DNA of 64,000 nucleotides from the NCBI GenBank assembly GCA_964247055.1, contig OZ176054.1, positions 3,968,001 through 4,032,000 of the forward strand. Direction: 5' to 3'. Source of the stretch: Paragordius varius. Its lineage: Eukaryota > Animalia > Nematomorpha. The notes below the pieces were generated by a model. The model was not told the origin of the DNA. It saw only the letters and a program-made list of their open reading frames with translations, and ran no database searches. The translations under genes and the position numbers were made by a program. Every line of letters starts with the position of its first letter. The stretch's first letter is position 1. Of the stretch, positions 42,430-54,689 are shown one piece after another.

Positions 42430-43105
42430 TTTTTTATATATTTTGGTCCGATTCCAAAATTTCAGGAACCACCCCTGTTCTATCTATAAATTTTTAGGAA
42501 CCAACCCGGTTCCGGTTCCACCCCCTTAATTACTGGTTCCCATATTATTTTTATTATAAAAATTTTATATTATTATTAATTGATTCACTACACATTACAG
42601 CATACTTCAAACCTAAAACTAAGTGACTACTATTAGCGATACTCTCTGAATAGACGATTCGGCTCTTCTATAAGTCATAACTCAGGTTTATTTATTATAC
42701 ATGTGTTCGTATATATAGGTCTCCGTTGAAAAGAATTTTTCACTCTTAATTTTGTATTTTCAGACTTGAGAAGCAGTTTGACCAGCTAATTGATTGGTGC
42801 AATAATTTTTTGGTTATATATAGTTTTTTTAGATGCCATACTTAATTTAACTCTCATTTTATACCTCTGTACTTAATTTTCCTATTATATTATAATTTGT
42901 TTCATTTATTATGCTTTACTATACATTTGGCATAATAAATTGTTTAATTTAATTTTGGTTGTAATAATAATTTTGTAAATTTAATTAAAAGTCATGAACC
43001 GAAAATGGAACCGGTTCTCATTGTAAAAAACCGGTTCCGGTCACACTTGTTCTGGAACCGACCCGGTCCCGGTTCCACTTTTTTTGAACCGGTTCCAAGC
43101 CCTGG
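42430..43105. mobile_element. AACCG(G)-rich hAT-like MITE remnant
   Basis: Clusters of ggaaccggttcc/aaccg ending gaaccggttccaagccctg; related cluster at 13740-13870. Left end unclear. Confidence 0.4.
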
Positions 43106-43986
43106 TTAAAATGTATCTTTGTATTTTGTTTATCCAATTATTCTAGTAAAATTAAACTTGACTATGACTATAGTAATCTTAACCATTTGTAAATATATCC
43201 AATTTTATCGTAACAATTAAACTGCGTAGAAAATCGGGAGTATATAAATATAATGTATCAGGATTATGATGCTTTTGGTTTTGGCTCTTATGATTAGTAT
43301 GAGAAGTTATTTACACTTTTTGATAAGTGCTTCACATCATAAATTGGCAAAATCTGACTTTTTTTAATAAAATATTTTTGGTTTAAATCTCTTCATCCAA
43401 CAAATATCATTATAATATATCATAAACTGCATAAAAAACTGAAAAAAGCACTATTTTTAAAAATTTAAATTTTTGATGTGAACTCAGAAAGTTCTAGTTT
43501 TTTTGCTCTTTTAAGCTAGTTCTCTTATAATAAAAAGAAAAATGCGGAAATTATGCTATAAAAGTTTAATAAATGCATTTTTACAATAATATTGCACGCA
43601 TTTAAAAATTTAATTTTGACATAAAGCGTGCTTCATACCAGGCATGATGGGAACGGGATGCTAAACATTTCTATCGCTTCCTAATTTTAATTTAAAGGTT
43701 CGTTTTCTATCATTTGGTTAATTTAAGAAAAAAAACATAATTTTTACTTAAAAATTTGAAGATAAATAATTTTATTATAAAAGTCTAGTAGGGGCTAACA
43801 GTAAAACCATCATCCTACTCCTGACACATTTTTCTATCAGAATGTGTATATTTCAACAGGTTATTTTTTGTGTACATAATGTTATAGAAAATTACATTTT
43901 TAAAATATTTAATTTTGATATCATCTCGTATATATACCTATATAATATATACATATATATATATATATATACATATAACGACCTTC

Positions 43987-45380
43987 TTAACACTTTGATA
44001 CAACACATTCATTTTAGTCCTTCGATTCAAATTGGGGTAGTTATATACCCCAGGCCTGTTTAAAATTAAATTCTTTACAAAATATGAATGAATCGAAACC
44101 ATGGCAAAATTTACTTATATAACACTAATAAACCGAAATATATAAAAAAAATTATTCAAAAATATATTAAGTATTTTAAGGTAAAACCAAAATATAAAAA
44201 TTTACTCAACGTGACATGTCTGCAATGGTAAAATTGAAAAATAATACATAAACCGCTTTTTCTACTATCAATGCTAGATGTAATTTAAATATAAAATAGC
44301 TTTAATTTTACCCTTAACACTTGTACACAACACATTCATTTCAGTCCTTTGATTTAAATGGGGTAGTTGGACACCCCAGGCCTGTTTAAAATTAAATATT
44401 TTAAAAATTATGAAAGTAATCAAAACCATGGCAAAATTTTGCACTTATATAACATTAATAAACCCAAATATATAAAAAAATTTTATTCAAAAATACTTGA
44501 TATCGCTTATTTTAAGGTAAAACCGAAAGATAAAAATTTGGTCAACGTGACATGTTTGAAATGGTAAAATTAAAAAACAATACAAAATAAACCGCATTTC
44601 TATTTCTATCATGGTTGGATGTAATTTAAACACAAAATTAGCTCTAACTTTACCCTTAAAATTAAATGAAAACGATATTTTCCAAAAATTTTGTAAAATA
44701 AAAATGGCGTCGAAGTAGTTTGACATGAAACTTTTTTTTCAAAATAAAAGTTTATTTAGATATTTTGGCTTATTTATATAATTCCTTAAGGATAGAAGCA
44801 TAAATTTAAATTGGGAACGTTTCTTTCAGTAGTTTTTTAAAAATCCTAACTTAAAAAATTTTAAGGTATTTGGATACCTCGATAATATCAAAGTGTTAAA
44901 ATTAAATGAAGACGATATTTTGCAAATATTTTGTAAAATAAAAATGGCGTCGAAGTAGTTTGACATGGAACTTTTTTTCAAAACAAAAGTTTATATAAAT
45001 ATTTTGGCTTATTTATATAATTCCTTAAGGATAGAAGCATAAATTTAAATTGGGAACGTTTCTTTCAGTAGTTTTTTAAAAATCCTAACTTAAAAAATTT
45101 TAAGGTATTTGGATACCCCGATAATATCAAAGTGTTAAAATTAAATGAAGACGATATTTTGCAAATATTTTGTAAAATAAAAATGGCGTCGAAGTAGTTT
45201 GACATGGAACTTTTTTTCAAAACAAAAGTTTATATAAATATTTTGGCTTATTTATATAATTTTTTTTAGGATAGAGGCATAAATTTGAATTGGGACGGTT
45301 TCTTTCAGTAGTTTTTGAAAAATCCTAACTTAAATTCAGTCTGGGGTATTTTGATATCCCAATTTGAATCGAAGTGTTAA
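43987..45380. repeat. Composite tandem array: 2 units of about 330-340 bp then 3 units of about 240 bp, TTAA at every junction
   Basis: TTAA at 43987, 44314, 44656, 44896, 45135, 45377; units near-identical within each class; partial copies near 54540 and 57700. Confidence 0.8.
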
Positions 45381-45447
45381 TGATATATATAATCCGGTTA
45401 TTGCCATGTTTTTTTCTCATTCACACCTTTAGAAGTGTGTTGGGCCT

Positions 45448-45726
45448 ATGTTTAAAAGTTGTCCGCGGTTGCTTTATCAGTTTATTCGAAATAGCCGATA
45501 CGCTGCAGAATATGCTGAACCATTGACCAGCATAACAGAATTAAATGAAAATATTGATTCTAAAACAGATATTACTTATAAACCAATTAAAGCATTGTCT
45601 AATTCTATTATAAGTTTTACATTTAATGATGAATTATTAAAGTAAAAACTTTTATAAATTAGTAAATTTACTAACATGATAATGGTAGATACAAATAAAC
45701 CTTTGGCAGAAGAATTAATGGCTAAG
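45448..45726 (+). other. Two coding-like exons (45448-45641, 45663-45726) joined by a 21-nt intron; possible 5' end of the BACK-domain gene
   Basis: MFKSCPRLLYQF..DELLN/KFTNMIMVDTNKPLAEELMAK stays in frame across gtaaaaacttttataaattag; no recognised homology. Confidence 0.35.
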
Positions 45727-46849
45727 GTAAATTATTTATTAATAAAAGACTTTTCAATCCATAAAATGGCGACAGTTACAAGAATATAATAAAAATCCGG
45801 ACCAACCCATAGAATTAAATCCTCTAACAATTTTTCATCAAGCAATAAAAAACGCCGAACCTCTTTTTTGGATTATGAAAGTTAAAAGAGGGGGGACCAC
45901 TTATCAAGTAATTTCTGCTATTATATTAGGTTCCATGCCCAATAACTCCAAAACAAAGTCGATTTCGTGCTTTAAAATGGTTTATCGAATGCGTTAGGGA
46001 AAAGGAAGATAATAAAATTTTATTTGAAGATAGATTAGCCATAGAGCTAATTGATGCATCTCAAAATAAGGTCCGAATATCCTTTAATTATTTAGGGTGC
46101 GGTGATAAAAAGAAAACGTGATCTCCATATATTGAGTGAAGCGAATAAAGCCTACTCACACTTTAGATGGGAAAAATAAATTTATTAAATACATATTTAA
46201 AACAAGATCATGTTAACAATATTATGTCATGTAATTAAGAATGTACTTACTGTTGTACGTTAAGCTTCAACCGAAACATATTAAAAGGTTTTAATAAGAT
46301 ATTTTTTAATCCTAGCGCTTTTGTTAAGCCTAAATAATAACGGTATGAGTTATTATCGATTCGTTTATATCATAGCTTGTTTCCAGCTTACTTTTTATAA
46401 TAATATTGGACGCTGATTTCCAAATTAACCAATTTACCCTAAATATAATAAAAATTAAGGCTTGCTGAATTAATATACTATATAATAAGAGTTGAAACAA
46501 ACGGTTTTTGGTTCGAGTTTTAAATTAAATTTATAGCATTTGCTTACGGTCCTTACAATTATAGGTAAAAACGGTTATGGTTTTCTGTCACCGTTTATAG
46601 AAATATCAAAGCGCGCTCTTAATACCAATAGCTTACCCCTACTTGGAGGTGTCAACCGTCGAAATTCGATAATAGCCTCACGCTAATTTTTGATATTGAT
46701 TGGGTTTTAAAAATTAATGCTATTAAAACCTCATTAGGCTGTTAATCTTAATTGAAGGCTGAATCGAGAGGTTTTTATTTTTGTTTTACAATTGTATCTA
46801 TTTTCGGAATCTTCTATTTTAGTTTGGCCTCAGTAAGGTGGGATATAGT

Positions 46850-47360
46850 ATTCAGCCAGCTTTTAAAGAGCCTTCCACGTTTTGAGCTAGTTAGTATGAC
46901 AGCATCATATTATAAATATCTGAAATAGGATGAATGTTACCGGCCCACCTTTGTCTTTTGGCTCTTAGAAAAGGGTCAAGAGCAGTGATTTTAACAATTT
47001 TGTAGGGATCGAATATATTAAAATTATAAAGCTTGGGATTATTAACAAAAAGATTGTTTTGAGTATTATGGATTCAGAGTTTATAAATTTATTAAAGCCT
47101 GGCACGTGCCATAGGTCAAGATAGATAATTAAGAAATGTAACTGCTATTTCGTTTCAAGTTTGATAGATTTTATATTGATTATACGATTTAGCCGGGTTT
47201 TATGCTTCGGATGACCTGTATGAAGCTGTTACCGATACCTCCCGTGGAAATTTCATCGCCTGAGTATTTGAAGTGGGTAACAGTTTCGTAATTTAAGTTG
47301 ATAGAGATACCGTTTAGATTAGGTTTTAATATATAAATCGATGCCAGCAAGTATTAATAT
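46850..47360 (-). mobile_element. Degenerate RTE-type LINE 3' fragment
   Basis: Minus strand ETVTHFKYSGDEISTGG and KSIKLETK resemble the RTE post-RT E.V..FKYLG motif; many stops. Confidence 0.5.
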
Positions 47361-47862
47361 AAAAATGTTTCCGCAGATCCTACGGAGTGTTTTTTGAAGG
47401 GAACTCTTTTAAAAGACCAGCAAACTAAGTCAAAATATTTTTTCCCTTATAATCGTATTGGTGAAACAATTTTTCCAATAATATATATGGTGTCAATTTT
47501 AGTTTGAAGGGGTTCCAAACATTGTCAAATTTTATTAAAATTTTATGATGGGATCTAAGATATCTAGTAATTAGCAATTACCGGAACTAAACTTTGAAAC
47601 CAATATTATTAAGGGGCTATTTCGTCCCCCGCCTATTTATAAAACTCTTGGAATCGGAACCAGAGTCAAAAATTGGCTTGGATCAGCATCGAAAATTTGG
47701 TATTCTTGGTAATAAAAATAAATTACCTTTACCAATAATGCCTGGGTCTGAGTTATGCGATGCATGAAATTAAAATTGTGCATTTGTTTGTTTAGAAAAC
47801 TGTTATAATATCGACATAATAGTAAACGTTTAACAATCATTTTATTTAATGCGTTAATTAGA

Positions 47863-48325
47863 ATGGAAGTAATAAAACGGTTAACAAAAGCCGTGAGAAT
47901 TCCCATCATTGAAAAAAACTTTGAGGATATAATTGAAACGATTGAAACTGTCAAAATGGAGGAATTAGAAGAGTATTTAGAAACAGATGCCATTCGTATC
48001 AAAATTAGTGAACGTGACCTTTTTTGCTTGGTAATTAAGTGGTTGAACTATATGCCAAACCGAATGGCACAATTTTATCAAGTTTTTATACCTTGTAAAG
48101 GACGTATATTATATAGGTTTTATCACACATAAGATTTTACAATATGACTAAAGATGATGTAAACTATTGTTCCGCTATTCTAATGGAACAAATGGGGCAA
48201 TATAAAGAATACAAACAACTCCTTACCTATACTATAATGTAATAATTATGTTAAAAGTGCCTGCTAATACGTTTTTAAATAGGTTTTGTTATCCAGTTGA
48301 AGCCATTATTGAATCATTTTCTTAA
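47863..48325 (+). CDS. BACK-domain (BTB-BACK/Kelch-like family) protein 3' exons; upstream part unresolved, possibly decaying
   Basis: IIEKNFEDII..ELEEYLETDAIRIKISERDLFCLVIKWL..VLSHIRF matches the BACK pattern; exons 47863-48081, 48117-48238, 48283-48325 splice in frame to TAA; upstream ELCDA*N*NC..ENC has stops. Confidence 0.5.
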
Positions 48326-48917
48326 AAGAGAAATTCATTACTTTTTGGGGTTGTTTTATATCCCAGAACTATTTTAAATTTTAATATAATCTATATAAGC
48401 TATTGTGCCATATTTAAATGCATTCTATACCATTTCAGGCGCATGATTAAATTATATAAATGATTCTAAAACATCTCTTTCGTCGTCATTTTCTATTGGA
48501 TATTCTTTACATAATATATCAGGCAATGAATATTATAAATAAAATGTAATAATTAACTTTTGACAACTTTAGATACTATTAACAGCGGATTTTTAATATT
48601 TAATTATTTTAAATCAGCTGTATTCACCGGATAAAAAACTGTGAAAAATATAAGTTTTTTATTTAATACAAGAGAACAATGTTTGATAATTATTTTTTAC
48701 CAAAAAACTTTCGAAACTCTATTATATGTTTTATCTCTAGGACACAAAATTACTCCAAAATGTAAGTATCTACAAAAACGAAAAGGTAAAACATAACCGT
48801 AAACATTTTTACCGTTAAAATTTATAACATTTGCCTAATATTAAATATATATATTAAGGACCCAAAAATTGTGTGAATAAATATAAAAATACAAAGGCAA
48901 TTGGCAATAGTGTCATT

Positions 48918-49430
48918 CAGGGATGTCCGACCCAAATAGCTTCGCGGGCCGCATTATCATTTCAAAAAAATGCGGGTCGCAAATATAAATGGACGTCAAT
49001 AAATATTTTATTATACTCAATCATGAGCTGTAACAATTACAACTATGTATTTAATTATTTTAATTTTTGTTTATTCCGTTGACAATTGGAAAGATAAATT
49101 CAGAATCGATTATATTTGTAAAAATCAAGAAATTATACAGCATAAAAATTTAAAATGTATGATAATTTTTACCTTAAAGAGCTCATAGTACTTTACGACA
49201 TCCAATTTAAGGGTAATATATGGTATAAACAAATATAAACGGCCTAAAATCACCCTGTACCGAAAATGGAGTTAACAATCGAAATATACATAATTCTGAA
49301 TAATTTACTATTTAAAATAACATTTTAAAATAAATGATGTAAATTTTATATTTTACTAAATTTATTTAATTAGGTTTATTTGTCTGTTTTTTTCGAACCA
49401 TAAAGTTTTTGCCGCGTGTTGCACCCCCTG
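48918..49430. mobile_element. hAT-type MITE
   Basis: cagggatgtccgac..gcgggccgca / gtgttgcaccccctg. Confidence 0.55.
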
Positions 49431-51394
49431 GTCTATTTTTTTCCAATTTCTCTCAGATTGTTATGATTATAACATTTTGAGTTATAATTACATTTTTTTA
49501 TCGCAATCATCATTGCAAAAAATAACTAAAACGTTACATCAGGTTAAAAAATTGAAATTATTTAAATTTCTGTTATCTAACATAAAAATCATTGATTGTT
49601 TGTATTATCCATAATTCAGCATTTCCAGATTGGTAAAAATGGATTGGATATCCTATCATACGCCTAGTGTACGGCATTTATTAAAATTATATCTAACACG
49701 AAATTAGTTTTTATTTTCATACTGTATAATTTTAATATAGCTGCGATTCAGCCATCTTCAAAAAACAGTGCCAAAGTTATGAATTAGTTGGAGAAAACAC
49801 AGAACAGATTTGTGCAGCGGAAATGGATGTCAAATTAAAAATAATAAGTAATCTAAATGCGGATTCGATTAAAACAAATACAATCTACAACATGTAATAA
49901 ATAATACTATTATTTTTACAGTTTTTAAGTCATAACTAAAAACGTTGAATATTCTTAATTTGTACCAGAAATGTGTCAGGTTTAAATAGTGGCATCACTT
50001 ATTCATAAGGCATATAATTTTCATTATTTAGCGAAACCGGAAAATTGCTCATCTTAACTTTAAGATAAGAATTAAATGTTTTACCTATGTAATACATTTA
50101 AAATAGAATCTTATATTTTTTTCATAAACAGTTTTAAAAAGAAAATTGGCTTTTTAACACTACAATAAGCATTTAAAGCCTACCTATATCACATTTTGAA
50201 TATATTTTAAACAATTGAAACTTAATGAAATTTCCACATAATTGTATTTCATAAAACTTCCAGCTTAAAGCGTTATTTTTAAATCAAAAAACTTTTTCAA
50301 TAAAATTAATTATTTTACAAACCAAACTATAATTTTTCACTTATTTTTTAATAACGTACTCAAATAGAAAAATTCGGTTCCTTAAAAAGTTTTGGTCCGA
50401 ATATTGTTAGAGCTATAAAAGATTGTATCCTTCAATTAGGTGACCTTACTTATAAAAGATATTTATACAGAGAAAACAAGTTGGATAGAAAATTTACGGT
50501 AAATATATCTTGTTAGATACAGTTGGTAGTTAGTGTTTATTATTATTTATAAAAAACCTGTGGTAGTGAGTAAGTTAGTGTTTTTTGGAGTAAAATTATG
50601 ACAGTTTAAAACTCGCGAAACTTAAATCATTCGATCTTTTATAAAGGATTTGGATCCGACAACGCCTCAAAAATAATTTTTACAATTTTTTATGTGCCAT
50701 TTTATTCATATTGTATCAAAATAATTAGCGTGTCCAAACAATATATAAAGTTCCATTTGATCAACAATTAATGGTAAACCAATTAAATTTTTTGAAATCC
50801 GAATAAAAGGTTATGAGCGAAAATAGCAGTTATGCAGCCTGTTAATTTAAATGCCCTTATGTGCGTAGTTAAATGATCTAATAAAAAATTAATCTATTTA
50901 TATTGGAAGTAAAAAATAATCAATAAATAATTTATTTAAAAAATAATAACAAGGTTTGGTTTAATGATTTAAAATACTGCATGTTTTGATTTAAAGTATT
51001 GAGAATGATAATTTGAAAACAATATTGAAAACTATGGTAAATAAAATTTTAATAAATTTGCGGTAAATAACTTATTATGATTAATGTAATTACTAATATT
51101 TATGTGTAAGCTAACATATCATAAATTAATGAATGATGCTGCATAAATATACAAAACATATTAAAAAAACTTGATATAGAGTTATAAGGGTACAAAAATA
51201 TTTATTGCATTAACTCGATTTTCCCATCAAAAAATTTAATATATATACTAATAATATGTTTTAAAAAAATGTTATTTAAAATATTAATATAACTAGAAAA
51301 AAAGATGTGTAAGTCAAAAAAAGATTTGTTTGCACCCATTTTAAAAAAGTGCACATTTTTTGTTATCGTTGAGTGTGTGTGGTTGCGTTTGAGA

Positions 51395-54186
51395 TTACAA
51401 AGAAGGCAGTATGCAACCGCGACATTCTCCAAACCCAATGGAAACAGATCCTGCTTTAGCAGAACATTTCCCACGTAAAATAACCTCATCACCATCTTGC
51501 AGGAAAGTTACCTTATCTCCGTTCGGCATTTCAAGTGGTTTCGTTCCATTCCAACTCAATTCCACCAACGAACCGAATTCATGTGGATCCTTTTGTAAAA
51601 TATATCTTTTTGTGATATAATATAAGTGGTAATTAGCAAAGTCTAAAGGTTATGAATCTATTATAATTGCAGATCTTTTGTCATATGAATACGATATCGA
51701 AAAGAAATTGATTGATTCAAAAAAAATATTAAGCAACATTTAATAATTAATTTTGATCATATGAAATTTATTCCATATGATCTTTGCATAAAATTTTAGG
51801 TTTTATAAAAATTTAATTCACCTCTCCACTTATTGTTCCAGTGCCCATCAAATCGCCGGGTCTAAGATTGCAGCCATTACTTGCATGATGCGTTAACATT
51901 TGAACAATATTCCAATATAAATGCTAAATAAAAAATGTTCATGAAAAAATAAAACATAAAAATAAGATTCACAGTATAAATTCATAGAAAAGAGAAAATA
52001 TTTCCGTATTTTATAAAAAATTTAAAATTAGTATAAATTTTTGTTAAAAATCTGGAAACATTATAAAAATGGCAAACCTTTCCCAAGTTTGGAGTAGATA
52101 TTTTCACTTCCTTTTCCATATTAGGTGCTAGATATTTAAATAAATATTAATTAGTAAGAATGTTACAAAATATTATTTTAGACAATAAAAATTACTTTTG
52201 TACCAAACTTCTAGGGCAATATCAAAGTTATAAAATTCTGGACATCTTAAATATGGAAGAGGTTCAGGCTCCTATCACATTAAATAAATTTATATTAAAA
52301 AAATTGCAATTTATCAGCAAACTGTGTAAGCTACAAATGCAATTTAATTTTAAAACATTTTTTAAAAAAAACCTGTTTAATATTTGGTATAATAAATGGT
52401 CGCAAAGCATCCATAGTAACAATCCAAGGAGATATTGATGTACCGAAAGATTTACCCAAAAAGGGTCCCAAAGGAAAATATTCCCATTTTTGTATATCTC
52501 TTGCTATAATAAAAGACATTTAGACTTTAACCTGATAAAAAAACTTAAAACATTTTGATTAAACCATTTAGATTTGCAATCGTTAACCCATAAACATTTT
52601 AAATTTATCCTTTTGATTCTATTAAACTTTAAAACTGCTATTTTTATCCTAGTTTTAAATTTACAGTGAATTAATGTTTTTAGCTACAAACGTGCGATAT
52701 AAATAAAATAATTTAATGGTTAATTTATCATTTTTTGTGCATAACTTATTACAATTTAAAAATGACATAATATACTTAACCTATATTTTTAACATTAATA
52801 TTTTAAAAAAATGGTAAATATAAAAATTCATAAACTAGAGATTGGAAAAAGGAAACAAATGGTAAATTATGCCAGACACATATAATTAATATCGATAGTG
52901 AGTTTATTTTTCATGGAGTTGTAAAGATTTTTTTAAAAATTAAGAATTTTCCAAATTTATACAACAAAAAAACAGAAATTACCACTCCAATCGTTCATCA
53001 GAACAAGACCAAAAATGCGTTCATGAGCATGTTTTATATCGATTGGGTTACCGAGTGGGTTTTCGGGCCCACCAATAAAAAAAGCCATTTCCAATTCAAT
53101 GTCAAGTTTTTGACTTGGTCCAAATATAGGCGGTTGTTCATCTTTAATTCATTAAGTATTAAATAAAATATTATTTAAAAAATTAATTTGAATTAAAAAA
53201 ATTATTTGCTATTTTTTTATTTGAGGTAAATAATTTTATTATTTATTACAATCGGTGGTATTACCGTAAAATATGACTGCAATAAAAATTAGCAAAATTT
53301 TAGAGGTGGTTTCCACGTTAAATAAAAATTACATATAATAAAAAATTATGGTATAAAAATGTTTTTTTTAACTATAATAAATCTGGTAAAAACAACTAAA
53401 ATTATATTTAGAGGAAAAAATTCATTCATTATTATGTCAATAATTAATTAAAATGTATCACCATTAAGTTTTAATTGTCCTTTAGGACGCCGTATAGGTG
53501 TTTTAGAAATTACAACTGAAGAAGCTCGTCCATGATATCCCACTGGTAAATATAACCTAAAAAAAATGAAATATATAATTTTATATTATAATATGAATAT
53601 TTACGGAATTGTAATAATTTTTTTGTGCAATTTTTAAATTGTTGTATTAATATTAATTTTTATATATTTATATCGTTTAATAACGATAAATATAATCAAC
53701 CAATTTGGTGGTAAATCATTCTTTTTGCCACGAAATAAGAGACCCATGTTATCAGCATGTCCCTTTGAACAATAAAAATCGGTATAATCTCCAATGGCTA
53801 CTGGTAAATGCATTTTACACTCCGACATAGGATAGGTAAATGAGATAATTTTGTTATCAACATTGGACAAAACTTCATTTTTCTTGGTTAAAAGATTTTG
53901 TATTTCTTTTCTTGTTTTTGACCAAAACTTGTGATCAAGACTCATTAAATTATTTAAAATTGCCTATATATTATTACAATTATACCTCTTTAAAAACATG
54001 TTTATAAATTGAAATATCAGGATCAGAAAACAAATCACTAGTCTGATACAAATCCAAAATTTTATCACCAATGGCAACTCCTATTCGATGCGAATCTTCC
54101 CGCAAATTATGGCTAAAAACACCATAAGGCAAATTCTCAAGGGGGAACATAGTATTGACATCATATTTGATAAGACAATTGTGCAT
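51395..54186 (-). CDS. FAH: Fumarylacetoacetase, 9 exons, 423 aa
   Basis: Exons 53986-54186, 53701-53963, 53462-53556, 52983-53141, 52373-52503, 52196-52271, 52078-52127, 51822-51923, 51395-51589 (1272 nt). [78 protein letters not shown]. Confidence 0.96.
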
Positions 54187-54689
54187 GCTTAAAATTTTAT
54201 ATCAAAAAATCGCACATGGTTTTTATAATTGTTCAAAACATGTGTTTATATAAAAGGACAGATGCTAAAGATATAAAATCGATGGAAAGAAGAACTATTG
54301 AAATTTTTGATAAGGCCTTCCCCTCAATATAAACGAACATAATATGAAGTGCCACTTTCTTACCGCATTCAAAATCCTTCTCAAGCCCTTAGTTTGTCAC
54401 AAAAGAGCTGTAATTTTCCGAAATTTGCAATATATTATTTAATATTACTTTCAAAAAATTAGTATCATAAGAACATCATTATTTCTCTTTTCTTAATCCA
54501 TTAATTTTTCGGGTATGTTGCTCAAAAATTACTTGAATGCAACACATTCATTTTAGGCCTTCGATTTGGGTTCGTGAGATACCCTAGGCATGTTTGAAAG
54601 TAAATACTTCAAACAATGTTGACTGAATTGTAACCATGGCAAAAGCTTGCCATTATATATTAGGTAATTTACCGCTTCAACAACTATGA

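Noticed and set aside
47637-48002. 121-aa minus-strand ORF
   Set aside because: Antisense shadow of the BACK-domain exon.
47575-48560. Alternative genetic code (stop readthrough) suggested by in-frame stops near the BACK gene and in the repeat ORF
   Set aside because: The confidently modelled genes use the standard code with no internal stops and end in TAA; decay or indels explain these cases.
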